In this document: piece after piece, positions 1 to 14,793 of the stretch | Layout of the letters: each line of letters starts with the position of its first letter | Numbering within the stretch: position 1 is the first letter of the stretch | DNA from: Iphione sp. A-MEVVRFRX5 | Lineage: Eukaryota | Direction: 5' to 3' | DNA length: 64,000 nucleotides | Assembly (NCBI GenBank): GCA_976226885.1 | Contig: OZ320313.1 | Location: forward strand, 86,800,001-86,864,000 | The notes under the pieces: generated by a model | What the model saw: the letters and a program-made list of their open reading frames with translations, nothing else | Databases searched by the model: none | Told to the model about the DNA's origin: nothing | Translations under genes and position numbers: made by a program

Positions 1-1412
1 GCAAACAGCCTATACTTTAAGTGTTCAAGGAAGGCATCGTCGAAGGATTTTTCTTTCCCTTAGGTGCACTAACCTGCAAGAAGCCATTCTACCACTGAGC
101 AACTCTGTATTTGAACGCATCTTGGATAGGCAAATCCTTCGCTCTTGTTAACATGATAGCCGCACGCTGACTGGCGCCTTTTAATAACCTAGAGGCACAT
201 TATCACGTTCATCTTTCTACATCCCGGGATACCTTTCACTATGATCATAAGCACTTGTAACATTCCCAGCACGAATTCTCATTTATATATACTGCAGGCA
301 ATCTCTATGCATAGCTTCTTTACCAAACATTATCGATTGTTTAAGAGCCTTACAAACGGCGTGAGTTTAGTTCGCTATCAAGTTATAATCATTACCCTTC
401 GCTATAAACAGGGGTCCTTGGTCATAGTCATTATGACAAGCCATCACCAATATTAAACAACGTGATTTATTTGCATTATTCTGTGTCTCATGTATTTTTC
501 ATCACGGCGAAATCGTCCGTCTTTCAGGACACCAAGGGTCAGGGCACAATTAGTTTGAATTGAGGCTCATATGTTTAATCGTTAAGAGAATAAAACGTTT
601 GCTTCAGTGCACTGTTTTCTGAACCCCGTTCGAAAATAAAATACTTGCAATGCGTGCAGAGTGACTATTTGGGCCCATCGACAACCCCCCCCCCCCCTGG
701 GCTAGATTACCAGCACGTACTATCTGGCCAAAGTCGACCAGCAATAATATCATCTGCACCCACCTGTCACTCGGCCTACACCTGTCACCAGGAGCGCTGC
801 CATCACGTCCGCTCTATCAGCCTAATGGCCCTTGCTCGATGGAGGAAACCACAAGCGGTACGACCGCAAACGCCTGTGTCAGAGATGGCGTCTTCAGAAA
901 GGTGGAGGAGAATGGTGCGCCTCTTATAAAGTCTTGAAGTCATTTTAGACCGGTTCCTCACTCCATTACAAACACTCCTTTAGGAGAGAGGGGCGCTTTG
1001 AACGATTTAAGGTGCTGGTATTGCCACTAGGACGTACGTTCTGCGCCTCACTTCATATATCTGCTTTCACTTCATACATCTGCTTTCATTAGTTGCTGAT
1101 TGTCTACAGTCACATGAGCAGCGCCACTCCGCAATCACAATCTGCAAAATGGATGTGTTTTCAGTTGTCGCATCTTTCATTTAATGAATCTTCTACACGT
1201 AAAGGAATGATAGACTTTCTCTGGACCATCATCGTTTTAATGTTGCAGTTTTTTGAACGATGAACAAATTTCCTTCGAGAGACTTTCAAGGCTTAAAGTA
1301 ATTCAGTTAACCGTTTGCCTGAATTCTGAGTTCTAAGAAATATTTTGTACTTCTCTTTACGTGTCTATGCATGAACGGCGTTTATTCTTGTATATTGACT
1401 TTCTGAATGAGT

Positions 1413-1640
1413 GGGGAGTTAGCTCAGTGGTAGAGCACTGGTCCACTGATTGAGAGGTTGCAGATGCAATCTCGGACTTGAGACCCTTGATCTTGACAAG
1501 ACAGAATTACTGTGGGCCCAACCCAGAGTGGTCCACAGCTCCTAAAAAGGTTGTTGGTATAGGATTCTGTCTCCTATGCATAAAAACCCAGAAACCTATT
1601 CAAAATAAGAGTAGGGGGCAACCCTGGGTATTCTGATTTA
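1413..1640 (+). mobile_element. tRNA-derived SINE (SINE2-like), degenerate
   Basis: Begins GGGGAGTTAGCTCAGTGGTAGAGCA (tRNA 5' stem plus A box TAGCTCAGTGG at 1420-1430). The B box is degenerate (GATGCAATCTC) and there is no tRNA 3' acceptor strand. The following body (…TGCATAAAAACCCAG…AAGAGTAGGGGGCAACCCTGGG) resembles, from memory, central domains of marine-invertebrate SINEs. The 3' end is approximate. Confidence 0.55.
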
Positions 1641-1876
1641 TTATTTATATGAAGTAAAATATAAATAAAGACGTTTGAAAGATTTAGACCTTTAAGTTGG
1701 AAGTCTTTAGAGGCACATCCACACACACACACACATGCTCCTCTGGTACCCAATGTTGGTGTGGTGAGGCCTAACATCTGTGGCTGTAGTGAGGCAAGAT
1801 GCTTACAGGTGCTGTGAGAATTGAATTGGTTCCTACCTGTCTCTTTGTGAAAAGATTGGAAATACCAATATGAAAG

Positions 1877-3522
1877 GTGCAAAAGGAGAGGAATTGTGCA
1901 GGTCTAGAATATCTATCTAAACCAAGTGGAATAGAGGGAATAAATATGATTCAATTAAAGGATTCGTTAAAGGGGTCAATATATTACTTCACATGCCTGA
2001 TTAACAAGTCATTTAGGAGCGGTGTAGTTCCAGGTGACTGGAAGCGGGCAGTTGTTGTGTGCATACCAAAGTCAGGAAGTCCATTAAATGTTAGGAATTA
2101 TAGACCAATTTCTCTATTGCAAGTACCAGGAAAAATATTGGAAACAATTGTTTTCAAACAGGTGAATGAGTATGCTGAAAGACAGCAGATTTTTAATAGG
2201 AATCAGTTTGGCTTCAGACCGGGTAGGGGGACACTGACTGCCTGTGGGGTATTTTTAAAAGAAATATACGAAGGTATAAATCAAAGTAAATATTTGGCAA
2301 TAGCATTTTTGGATATGTCCAAGACAATTGATCTCGTCAAACAGTCATTAGTATTTTTGAAACTGGAAATGTATGGGTATAGAGGAAAGGTATTATCTTG
2401 GTTTAAGAATTATTAACAAGGAAAACTTCAGAGGGTAAAATGTAATGGAGCTATGTCAATGGAAAGATCCGCAGAATGTGGAGTACCACAGGGGTCCATT
2501 TTGGGTCCCTGGTTGTTTATAATTTTATTAAATGATACATTCAATGTTGCTTTTCCTTGTAAAATATTGGCGTATGCTGATGATGTAATGGTTGTGTTGG
2601 CGGGGTCGAATGCCTTGGGCTTGAGGGTAAAACTACAGCATACACTCCAACAGGTACTTAGTTGGAGCAATCGAAATGGCCTTTTGCTTAATTAAACAAA
2701 GTCAAAAGTTATGGTCTTTGGAAAGGCAATTGGATTTAATTTGGATTTAAAATTAGGAAATGTACCATTGGAGCAAGTTGAAGATTTAATGTACTTGGGT
2801 ATTCATTTGGACAACAGATTGACAATGTCTAAAATGATAGCTCATAAAATCAATAAATTGCATTCAGTATCTTTTCTACATAGGAGAAGTAAAGTTTTCA
2901 CTGATATTGAGTTGAGGAAAAAGCTCTTTGTTGCTTATGTAATCCCACATTTGGATTAGGGTCTTGCATTTTTGACCGGTTGTTCATTATTGAATCTCAC
3001 TAAGTTGAGGGTAGCATGGACTAAGGCCATAAAACATGGGGTGTTGTGGTATGGAGCTACCAACAATGAAATTAGTAGGTGGTTAAGTCATAATAAAATA
3101 AGAAGTTTTGATTCAAGGTTAAACTATTATATGCTGTTGTTTGTTACAAATTTGTATGAACTAGGTATATGTGGGTTGAAATGTAAATCATCAACTAGGA
3201 GAGGTGCGAAGCCGCAATTGTCAATCGATGCCCCTCATTGTAATGTGTATTTAAAGAGTTTTTTAGTATGTGGTATTCAAAAATGGAATGTCTTACCTAG
3301 TGAAATACTGAGTGGTAGCTCTAGGATGATTCGGAAATATTTGAAAAAGACCTGATACTTATGTAAACCATGGTGTCATAAAAACCTGATATCTATCTAA
3401 TCGTGTTGTTATTTGGAGCAGCCTATTGACTGAAGTAAGTCATGGGTTGAGTGGTTGCTGCAAAACATCTAATGTAGATGAAGTATATTTACTCAATAAA
3501 ATCAATTTCAATTCAATTCAAA
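1877..3522 (+). mobile_element. 5'-truncated non-LTR retrotransposon (LINE, CR1/L2/Jockey group) ORF2 RT remnant with 3' tail
   Basis: ORFs 1877-2416, 2453-2695, 2711-2959 and 2972-3355 are in one frame, separated by three in-frame stops. RT motifs: WKRAVVVCIPK, NYRPISLL, QFGFRPG, FLDMSKTID, GVPQGSILGP, YADD, YLGIHLD. The 3' end has AATAAA (3495-3500) followed by a (TTCAA)n-like tail. Confidence 0.9.
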
Positions 3523-6500
3523 ATCCACATGGGATACCGACTCAATCGTCCACTATGACCAATGTTAGTGCTCAGCAAAGCCTGATAAACACTAACGGTC
3601 CACTTGTCTATGTAAGAGTAATCGCCAAGCTTGACATCTGACCACTGGTTTTGCCTGATCCTTGATATTATTGCAAATCATAAGATAATTTATCAATTAT
3701 TGTCACGAATTACATTGTATAATAATACCACAACTAATATTGACTGAATCCTCTCAATATTACACGTTCTTGTCCGAAAGAAAATAGAAATATCGAAATA
3801 TACATGGGAGAGCTATACCCATTGCCTGTATCAGGATAACCTCAGAGCTGGTCAACTGCCAGCATGAAGTAGCAAATACATCTATACCTGTCTGTATCAT
3901 ACTTTATAAATTCAGGAATTATCATATCTGTCTCCTCTGTGGATAATTGTGTATTCAAATATAACACGAAATATTAGTGATCGGATCATTTGGATTCATG
4001 CATCCTGCTTGCACAGGGGCATTCTCATAACTGGATGATCACCCAGTTGAGATACTCTGTACCTTAAATTGTGAACACTTATGTTATTAGAAACACTTCT
4101 GCTCTATACGTGACGAAGAGTAGAGTCGTTGCCCACAGGAACCAGCCTAGACCGCAATCTGCATAATTAATGTAACTTTGCATGGATTATCTTTGTATAG
4201 ATTACCAGGGCTGCCGAAAAGGTAGTCAAATGTTCCAATTTCAAGTATCAGTTTGCCTCACTTCATTATATAATTGATCACTAATTTCTTCGAAATGCTT
4301 GACCGTATATATATATACCTGTAGCAAATAATCAGTTATATTTTGTAATTTTTACCTTTCGTTACATCATTTCAATTTATGTGGATAATTTTGAACAACC
4401 TGGATATAATTATATTACTTTCCAGAATAAACTGCTAAAATATATCTCTGCTTGTGAAAGTCATAATCCTACTTGCCATGTGCGGTTCGCCTAAGAGTTA
4501 TCAGCGGCAAATAATTCGGTTTCTTGTGGTGTATTTAGAAGCAGCGCTGCTGTGAGCGTGGAAGACGAGTCATACACCCCGCCCAAATGTTGCTGTTACT
4601 TTGAAATCTAGGTACAAGTCGAGAGAGGTAACGTAGGGGGGGGGGAAGGGTGCTCAGTGGAACATTCAGGAGATTGATACAAACAGAATACAACTCGGAA
4701 GCTTTTTGCCGATCGTGAAAATAGGTGCACTACCTTCTGTACATCAGGTCCGATTACAGCCCGACTGCTTGCTAGATCCGCCAACAAAGTAAGAAAAGGT
4801 GTTATCGACTTTAATGTTAGAAGCCAACCCTCTGTAAGGACGGAGTAGTAGCACAAACAGTAAAAAAATAAGGTTTGACCAATGTAAAGCACAAAACAGA
4901 AAATATAGTGAAACAGTCTGTCGTCGCAGTGTAGATGAAATATATCAATGTAGATATTCTTGCTGTAGCAAAAGAAAACCGCATGCCTTTCAAACAGCGG
5001 TGTCTTCAGCGAGGGGATTATCTCCCAGACGGAATGATCTCTATACTGCCTTTCTTTGAAGGGACAGACAGGAGAGATTGTGCAGAAATGCTACCATTTA
5101 AGGAACTGTATATTCAACTGTCATGTTTATACTGGTCTAACACCAGTCCAAGTGAAACACGCCCAGCCCGTCTAATGGGTTACTTTATGGTAGACTGTAC
5201 TGCCGAGCGACACGGTAGGGACATACTTACAGGCCCATACGAACCACAAATGAATGGGATGGAAATAAATAGGATCTGATCTATGCCTGTACGCTGTAGG
5301 CTGTCTTTGTATAGACACTGGAAGTAAAATTGTGTGGAAACTACACGAAATGGATATTATAGAATAATATTACATGTTTTAGACTTATAAATACATGTAG
5401 TCGATAGGATAGTAAGAATACGCGGTTGGCATTATCTATGAGAGACCTGGTTATGATAAAAAAGCAATAGGCATGGCAAATGACAGCAACAGTTCGTCAA
5501 TTTTCTTTTTAGAAACACTTTAATAAGTGATTAATTTCTTAACACTGGGTTTTATGCAATGTTTCAAATAAAAGTCAATTCTTCTGGGTAACCATTTGAA
5601 TTTTTTTAGTAATTTTTAAAATTTGTATTGGTCTTTATCCCACGTATCTTCTAAACGTAAATATTCAATCCAGTAATTGAAAATAATGTTACTCATCAAA
5701 CAACATATAAATATGGGTTAATGCTGCAATGTTTTGGTCATGTCAGAAAGAGATCTCTTTAATTAAGATAGTTAACATCAGATATGATTCTTTTTCTATT
5801 CTAAAAAGATTATGGGCATGTTTCTAAACGAGGCACAAATATTAGATAGCTCTATATGGTAAAAATGGCTTTTGACGAGCTCATTTACCTAGTATACAAG
5901 TCTCGCTTTAGGGCATGTGATTCATGCATTTAAAATATGCATGATACATGGAAATCATAACACAAAAGAGAACCTCTTTGGTTTTTCAAAGCAAAGTGAC
6001 CTATTTACACAATTTATGCAAAATCACCAGTGTTTAAAAATATCTATTACAGTATCGTCCCAGTTCGTATATAAAGCATGGAAGATCCAACCTCCATTGT
6101 TTTACCGCTTTGTCATTTAGTTTGTTTTAGACGTTAATGAAACAGCTTTATCGGTGATATGTGTCAACATGGTTTCACTAGCATTTATTTTGCTGCTTCG
6201 ATGAGGCTCCTGCTTCAGATTCAGTGTCTACACTTGAGCTACGGTTACTTTCAAGAGATCACAACATCGTCCAAGTTGGTTGTCATCAGAGAGAAGGCAG
6301 AAATTTGTGATTGGTGGAGATACATATCACTGCAGATATATCTCTCCTATTCCATTTCAGATGGATGGCGAATATTGTTTTCTGTGTCGTGTGCACAGAT
6401 GTACGTCTAGAGATTTAGATTCTCCGTCAGACGGGCTTACATTGGGGATCAGGTTCACACGAGAGCTCACTTCTCTTGTTGATGAATTCGAATGCATATG

Positions 6501-8681
6501 TCTAGATGAAATTTAACATCCTACATATGTCCATTCCGATGATGGAATTCAGTTCACTTGAGATGGTCTCATTCTCACAGACCAATTCTGGCATGGAAAG
6601 TAGATAACCTGCTTTACACACATTTAGTGTTGATTCTCCTGTACAATTGCTCTGTTACCTTTACATGAAAATATGTATGCATGAATAGAACAAGGATGTC
6701 ATATACCTTCTGGTTAGTAAGAAATGCCGGCATGGTCCTTGTGTCCTCTTCATCGTTAATGATCACGTTGGGTCTGCCTCTGTCACTCTCTATACTATAA
6801 CATTTATGTAGTAGGTTGCCATAGCTTACAAGAGTGTTTTTCCTTTCCCTCATGACTAAGGGGATATCCAAATTTTGACCTTTAAGTAACTTTAGGTTCA
6901 GGGATGAGATTTCTATCAATTCGTTTGGTTTGCAAGCTGTAAACTATGAACACCAGGAAACTTTGCAAACCAGGAATACTAGGAAACTGTTCATGCCATT
7001 TATACTCCTCAATCGGACAGGATATGAACGGAACAGGACATGAAACAGCAATAAAGCAAAATGAATAACGTGCCTAATGGGCATGCCACCACATGAATAT
7101 GATATTAAACTGCCAAGGTATAACATGACCTTGTAAACGTGAAACGTATAGCAGATTGCATCGAGCGAAATCATCTTTGGGCTGTCAAACTGTTTACCTA
7201 TGTTTGTCAATGTATAGCGTCAAACTAGGATGTAAGTACAACAATTAGAGGATGAAAATTGGAATAATTAACTTGATTATTAATCAAATGTTCATTACCT
7301 GATAGATCCAAAGAAAATCACTCTGCCCCTTTGCTGGAGGTCACTCCTCTACTAATTAAGGGAGGGAAACATGGAAAGAATTAGACAATTAAGAGAAATA
7401 AAAAAGGGACGAATACAATACGTGACCGATTGTAAAAATGTAAAGGGACAGGAGAAGAGATCCAGCAAAGTGAAAAGAAAGGCATCGAACATACAGCAGA
7501 GAAGAGGTGCTAAGCTAGGGAGTGAGGAGAGAAAAAGAGAGCGGAGAAAAGACATTGAATGTTCATATTGGCATCTAGAATTCAAAAGAAAGTTTATTGA
7601 CCACCTGGGTCAAAAGTATTATAATTGGGACAATTACCGTTGACCCACATTGAAAACAGTTGACTAGTGGTCACCAGGTGATCGCCAAGTTCGTACCCTG
7701 TGCTAACCAGCAAGATGTTGATTACTTGTCTCCAGCTAATTGTCCCAATGCAGGCATTAATTGTGAGTTGACACTAAAATCTACTCATCCATTTTTTATG
7801 GTACTCTTATCTCGACAGAGTATATTGTGAATGCATCCTCTGATATCCACCTCCTTACAGGGGCCCAAGATAATTCCGTTTCTACTATTTCCTGCAAGTG
7901 TTACAATATGAGAGTGACTGAATGAACCTTGTTATCTTTGTCCAGGTAGTAGCCTGTAACACAAACATATATTGTACTTTGCACAGTTGAGATATATCAG
8001 GCTTTTTACCCTTTTACAAATACATGTATGTGGCAGATGTTGGCTTTCCTGGTGTTAAGAAGTGATATCCTGGTGTTAAGAAGTTATATCAAGTGAGAAT
8101 AATGTACCACCGTGTGTTGGAGCCCTTCCTGGTACATGTAACCCGGCACACAGGAAGGCTTTGCTAGTGGGATGACCTGAAGTATGATGAGGTCAGCAGG
8201 TATGGAGTCATTCTTGTAGATGGTGCAGGCTCCTTAACAGTTTCTCTAACAAGGATCAGCTTGAATGAGGCAAGGATGGCAGGTAGGGAAGTAGCAGTGA
8301 GTCTATGAACCTGGCAGGCTGCTGACGTAGTGAAACTGAACCAAGCAATTTGACCCATGCTGACTGAACATTGGATCAGCGTCCATGAAACTTCTGTCTC
8401 ATTACTAGAATGTTCTTCAACTGTGGGACTATACCGATAATCCTAGAGTTTTAGCGAGGAGAAATCAATCTACTTTCTTCTGATTGTTATGTTCCTAACC
8501 GTATTTGAAACACACGGTAGTTAGAGTGTCAGTGCAGTCAGTACAGAAATAAGCACTTTCTAACTTGATTTTATTCTTGTGACCATATATTCAAATAACT
8601 ACAAATGTATAGCCGTTTGGTTTTAATAAATTATAGGTGTGATTTCTAAAGTTTGTTACATATGGATGGAAAGTAGGCTAA

Positions 8682-9024
8682 GGCCAAAAAATAAAATAGG
8701 TCTGTTTTTGGTAAACCACCCCTACCTAGTAAAACCTCACTCTACCTAAAAAATGTTTGGCCCCAAAGAGTTTCCAAGGCTGAATTTCCTTAGGTGTTTT
8801 TTTTCATGGTGCATATTTTTAGTAAATTCAGTAGATAAACAGAATCCATGGAAATTTAACAAAAGCTATAAAACTCATGCAAATTGGTCAAAATTCTTCA
8901 TATTGTCTTTATTTTTGTTGAAAATCAGAGGAAAAAAGTGGGAAAAAATTTTTAAAAAGATACCCCCTTCCCTACCTAGGTTTTTGGCTGGTCATTACCA
9001 GAAACACGCCTATTTTGGGGGACC
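8682..9024. mobile_element. Non-autonomous PIF/Harbinger-type MITE (343 bp)
   Basis: TAA direct repeats at 8679-8681 and 9025-9027. Imperfect TIRs GGCC…AAAATAGGTCTGTTTTTGGTAA versus reverse complement GGTC…AAAATAGGCGTGTTTCTGGTAA. A more degraded relative lies at about 12280-12610. Confidence 0.65.
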
Positions 9025-12000
9025 TAAGTTTTTACTAATGTAGCTTTTATTATATTCACCCTTATGCTGACACAACTGATGTGGTATTTTCTGTTTAATA
9101 CTGTTAATGATATTTGTAAAGGCTTTTATATTGAGGAACAGTTTTGGATAAAAGGTAAAACGTTTTGCTAATCTCTTCAAATAATCAATAATGAGTTATT
9201 ACCTAAAATCTAGCTAATATAATTATAGTACTGCCCATGAAACATATTCGCACTAGTTCTACACTTCTATCCTGATTAGCATGAGAAATGAGATGAGAGG
9301 GAGTCCTAATACGCCCCGCGTCCAATGAATCATTGTCCAACTTGTCTACTCCATACTCTTGCCGTGCTTAGTCTGCCGCCGAAATCAGTCCTTCTTTACC
9401 TATCCTATTCTTATTCCCTTCATCCTGAACACACTCGGCCCGCATATCTAGAGTAGTTATCAAGTTAAGGGGATTGATTTTTACAGCACATACCGACCAC
9501 AGCACTCATGCATCATGACCATCAGTAAGGTGGCAGGGAAAGGGAATCACTATTCATCATAATCAAAGCAGCGGACAAAGAGGACACTGTGGTCATTATA
9601 AATGCTGCTACATACAAAGAGGCCTCTCTGAAATGACGCAAGCAAGCAACATTTTACTCAAAATTCCCTCACAACCCATCTTGGCTCTACACCGACCACA
9701 TCCACCTCTGCCTCAGTGCGAGAAGTCACGGAAATCTTGGATCTGATCACGTTCCCCGGCTCACAAACTTTCCATGTTGCCTAAAATTCATCAGCCTGAA
9801 AGGACTGTCATCTACTGTTATTCACTCCAAGAAAATAGTTGCCCGATCGAAAAATAATCCTCTCCCTTTCTTAATGTTTTAAATGAGTCCGCAAAGACTT
9901 CTCTACATCAAGGATGCAATCTAGTTCCACAAAATGTATAGGGCAGCCCTAATTTCTCAACTGTAACCATTTTTTGGTACCATGGTGAAACTAACGAAAA
10001 GAAGGGCAGTTACAGAAGGCCCACATTATGTGAGAGCCTAAGTACCACACGCCATCGAAAGCAGGATCTATCGACAGCTTTCTGCAGATAGTGACCAGTT
10101 CCATGGGAATCCGATTGGCGCCTATATATACCAACTTGTTCTTGTTCCATTTGGTAAAAGATCATTAATGATGATATATCTTCAGCCCTCAGATTCACCT
10201 TTTGCTCGGCAACCGGCTGCTTAGAAGGCCTCCTGACCCGTAAGTGGGATAGCCAAGGAGTTTCAGTCCTCTGTGGCTATCAATTGAGGAGGGACTGTCC
10301 GTTACAGGCGAGATCCGAGCTGAGGATACTTTCTTAACGTATCCCTTAGAGCCCCACTGCTAGACGCTAGCGCTGGTGCCAGCTGGCAGCCAAAGCTTGG
10401 GGTGGGGGCTCTGCCAGAAACTGGCCACTGAGATTGTCGCAGAGCCAGCCAGGCTGCGCTGGTGCTAGGTACTGCGGCACAAGAAATGTAACAGAGCTCC
10501 AAAAACGTCTTACCTTCAAAGGAGAAAGAGCTGCCCTGTGATCCCTGCAAATACTTCAGGGCTCAGCATCCTTACTATGACTTTCCTCTTCCACTGATGG
10601 TTACTGTTGAAGCCTTACCAATATGTCACAGACGAAGCGTGTGCTCAGGAATTTTCCTGTTCAAAGCATACATTAACATGACCCTGACCACCGTTATTGG
10701 TGTACTATCAATACTTTGGCGGTAGGTAGGTATTGTGGTTCAGGGGAGGACGACCATTGCACCCTTTCAGTATGTGCATAAGTCAGCCTGTCTACTACTA
10801 CAAGCACTCAGCCATTTCACTAAACTAGAACAGCGGATGTTCACAATTTCTATGGAAAGTAGTGGAAGGCATGGTAAGAGGAGCAACAGCAATTGATCAC
10901 AAAGGCTGAGGCGCGTTCAGTTTACATGAAGAATAAAACAGAGACGCCGCACTCCTGCCACAAGTCATTTCAAGACAAGTGACCAGATCATGTTTCGATT
11001 CGAGTACAAATGATCAGGAGACTGATGAATTGGATAATGACAAGGACGATGAACAAGCTGATACGGTTGATATGCCTACTGCTGACTAACTGAGCAACAC
11101 AGTAGTGAAGGAGATATAGTATCTTCTTGGCTTTATGTTTCAACATATTTTGTTGACACTAGACCTGCTAGATGTGTTTACACACGTAATGAACGACCGG
11201 ATCATAGGAATCATTCAATATGATAGTCAGTGTAATGTTTCTTTGGAAATCATGACCTTCGGGGAACCTATTGCCATTTCCACGCTTTTTGTTTGATTTT
11301 TCTCTGGTGTTCCATCAAAAGGAATTTTGGGATCTTTTATATCTGGGTATTAGGCTTGTTGATGCCAAAGCAAAAGTCTCGTCCAAACATCCACGACGTT
11401 GGAAATCTCTTGGTCGTAAGGTGTTCACTGTGGGTCGCAGCTCAAACCTCACTATGGGTCGCAGCTCAAAACCTCTGATTCAGTGTCTAAGGACCACCAC
11501 CTCACTGAGGTTCGGGTAGGTGTGCTGTGGGAATCGCACCGAGGTAAGGACTTACGCCACTCCTGGATACTGGCCATTAATTGTACTTGCCATTAATTGT
11601 ACTTGAAGTACATGTACTTCCGCAATGAGGGATGTACCCATTCGTTTACACTGAGACTATGATATTCATTCCTGTTACCCTTTTATCGAAATACATTATA
11701 CATATTTTGATTTTACACATTGGGTCCCATTTAATTGCTATTGGTAAGGTAAAAGATGTCATAATATATCTCATGAGTGCTTTCTGTCATACTGCAGTTG
11801 ATGTTTCTGGTCTTGCTTCAGTCCGGACATCCAGAGCTGGGTCATCTGTTAAATTTACTTCTGAGCTTTATTGTGGTAATGGGGTAACTCCGCAGCATGT
11901 AAGTCTTTTATTCTACATATAGATGTTCTATAACAAAAACATGTTTTAGGTATAGAACCTAGAAAGAGAATTTCTATTGTATAGGTGTTGTTTCCTGACG

Positions 12001-14323
12001 TACGTAGGAGTGTATGTATCAAACGCTAAATGTTACGTCCACAATCAAACATATTCAAACCAACATGTTCCTTATGTACAGGCACATCTCTATGTATGCG
12101 TCTATATTTGCCAAAGCCAATAATGGCAGGTTGTTCTTCGTACGCCACAGTCTATGTCAACATGTCTATGTTGAAGGTGCATATGCTGGATGCATCCGGC
12201 ACAAACTAAATGCAAACACAATGCATTGATGCAAGTACAGAAACATTCAGGGGTTGAGGGGAGGTGCTTCCCCTCTCGGGTCTACTAAAAACATATGTGT
12301 TTCCAGTAAGTAACCCCACCGACCCTGCATTTTGGCACGTTGGAGCGTTTTGTTTTATAATTCATTTCCCAGTATCTCTGGACTAAACAAAGCTACATTT
12401 CTCTGGACTGAATAAAGCTACAGACGCATATGTCATATGTGAGACCATTAGCTTTCATATGATACCGGTTTTAGGAAAAATTAAGCAGAACAAGTCATAT
12501 TACCGTATACATGTGTTACTTTCAATATCAATTACCGATGGAAAAAATTAAAATTTGAACTAAAACTCACCTACCTACCAACTGAAAACTGAGAGTTCTT
12601 TTAGGCATAAGTAACAACGGATAGAGTGTTTCTAGAATCGACTAAATCACGAACTAGATTAGCCTAAATAGAAATAGTTTCACTCCAAATGTCCGTTTTG
12701 AAGGGAGGTAACTCTGCTGTGAATGTCTCGTTTCTGCAAATTTTCCTATTCCTACTTTGGAGAATGTTTTTGAAGCTGTAACCGTCACTGGTAATATAGT
12801 CATCGATCTACCTAACTTGGGGGTCAAGGGTTCGCTAATCCCTCCTCAAGACAACCCTCATTGATCTGTGTAATCCACTGGGAGTGCTCAGATCAGATAA
12901 AGCCGTCTATCACCAACGTGTGGCCAGACGCAAATCCCCAACTGTGGCCACTAATATCATGATCTATCGTTAAAGCCAAACCTTTCTCTAACGTTTGACC
13001 CACACCTCCTGTGCGCCACAATCTTCAGTGTACTTCTAAATCAAAATGCCTTCATATGAATGCTTCATTCCTTATAAATATCATATCAGCCGTTTTCTGA
13101 ACATACAACCTAAAATAGATAATGGCCAAAAAATCAAATTGAAACGAGAGATCCTTTCTAATATCATTATGAATAGATCTGGCTCTAAATTCCTAAATTT
13201 CGGCCGATACGTTGCGAATTCTACGGAGTGCAATAGTATTTGCATAAACATGGCGATGTTCATACTAAACGGTCGAACGTTCTTTTAGCAAGATAAAACT
13301 GAACAAGAAAGTTTTGTGCTGGGTTGGTCAGAGACCGATGACCTGCGTGGGCATGTGATGTTTCACAGGTATCCAGATGGATACCCTCCCGGAGAGACTA
13401 GGCGAGAGTGGTGCACAGGAGCAATGTGCGCCGGGGTATTACAGACTGGGGATGCCCCAGATTGTTGGTGGAAATTGGCGCCTGACGCAGGCCGCATAAG
13501 CTGATGACTCCTGACACCTGGCGGCCGGAGTGCGACACACCTCTAAGGGAGAACAAATGGGCGGCCGCCAGCCACAAATGTGTTTTAACTCGTTTCAACC
13601 ATGCAGTAGCTCGCCATTTCCCCAGTGAAACTTTGTATGGAGACTTTGGGAATGCATAGTACCATTGTATTTAAACTCGGTGGCTTGTGAATTCGTTTTG
13701 CATTACTATATACATTATTATTATATATAATCTTGCTGAAAGTTGGTACAGATTTCTCCACTCTTTTACGCCTTTTTGCAAAAGGGTGAATCTTCATTGA
13801 CTTTGATCCTATACAATTACTCCATCACTGCTTGGACAATGTCCATCCTACACTTTTTCTAAAGTGCCGGAGTCTCTAAACTCTTGTATGTATCCCGGTT
13901 ATAGACAGGGTTTCCCCTTTCAGCAAGAGTCTGTATTTAAGAAATGTTTAGTGGCTCCAACTGTTAAAGGCAAGTTAAATTTGGACAATGTCCAAAACTC
14001 ACAGCGATAGGTCAATCAGCTAATCACCAGCATTTTTACTAATGGTGACATTGTCCAAATTTTAAGCACACACGATAAAATTTACGTCAGCAGTACCCAT
14101 TACTTCAACGCTCAGCCTCCAGCTCATTGTTTTTCCTCCCTTTCTTCCTCTTAGTGTAGAGCCCCAACAGATATTAGCCTAAGTACACAGAATATATTCT
14201 GTACTTTTAACATTTGATGCAGAAGAATATATCCTGGGTTTATTTGCTATTGCTTAGGTGGTCATATTCAGCCTTACTTTTCGAGACAGTAACACTCGTT
14301 TTAATGCAAGATTGAATTCCGTG

Positions 14324-14793
14324 TTAATGTTTGCATTCCACTTTTGGAAGTCCTCGATAATATACTTGGGCACAATGGGCATACAACTGCAATGAGGGCT
14401 CGCATTCTATCCATGAGTGGTAATTGCAATGCCACTTTTGACAATTCCTACGACTCACATTTCTAGGTATTCTCTCTATTATGGGCAGGCATAAAAGCCA
14501 GTCGTCTACAATGTAGCATAGAAATGTCTGTGTTGATACTTTATGTATTCGAGTTACATTGAGAGTAAGGTGTACATGAAAAGTAACACACCACACAGTT
14601 CTCTCTGCTGACCGTTGAATATGTGGGGGTAATATGGTGTACCCAAATGTACCTGCCCTAAGCATGATAAGGGACTTATTTGGCTAGCCATTCTGTATAC
14701 ATAGTAATCAACTGGTGTCGGTGTGCCTTTGCTGCTTTGATAAAAAATGTGTCTAACAAGAGCCGTTGGTGGGTTAGCACAATGTAGGTACAT
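14324..14793 (-). mobile_element. Possible highly decayed Helitron Rep fragment
   Basis: Broken minus-strand ORFs give DYYVYRMA, TILPPHIQRS and QVYYRGLP in the order of the Helitron Rep motifs (YY-YRL, ILPSSF-GSPR, EFQKRGLPH). The resemblance is weak and by eye only. Confidence 0.2.

Noticed and set aside
1413-1485. tRNA gene
   Set aside because: The A box is present but the B box/T arm is degenerate and there is no 3' acceptor stem; it continues into a SINE-like body.
4935-7643. Short ORFs (114, 101, 90 aa) as host exons
   Set aside because: No recognisable domains, no consistent splice chain, and lengths within chance expectation.
9480-11520. Possible LINE endonuclease or linker fragments and an acidic ORF piece
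   Set aside because: Too degraded; no diagnostic motif could be read with confidence.
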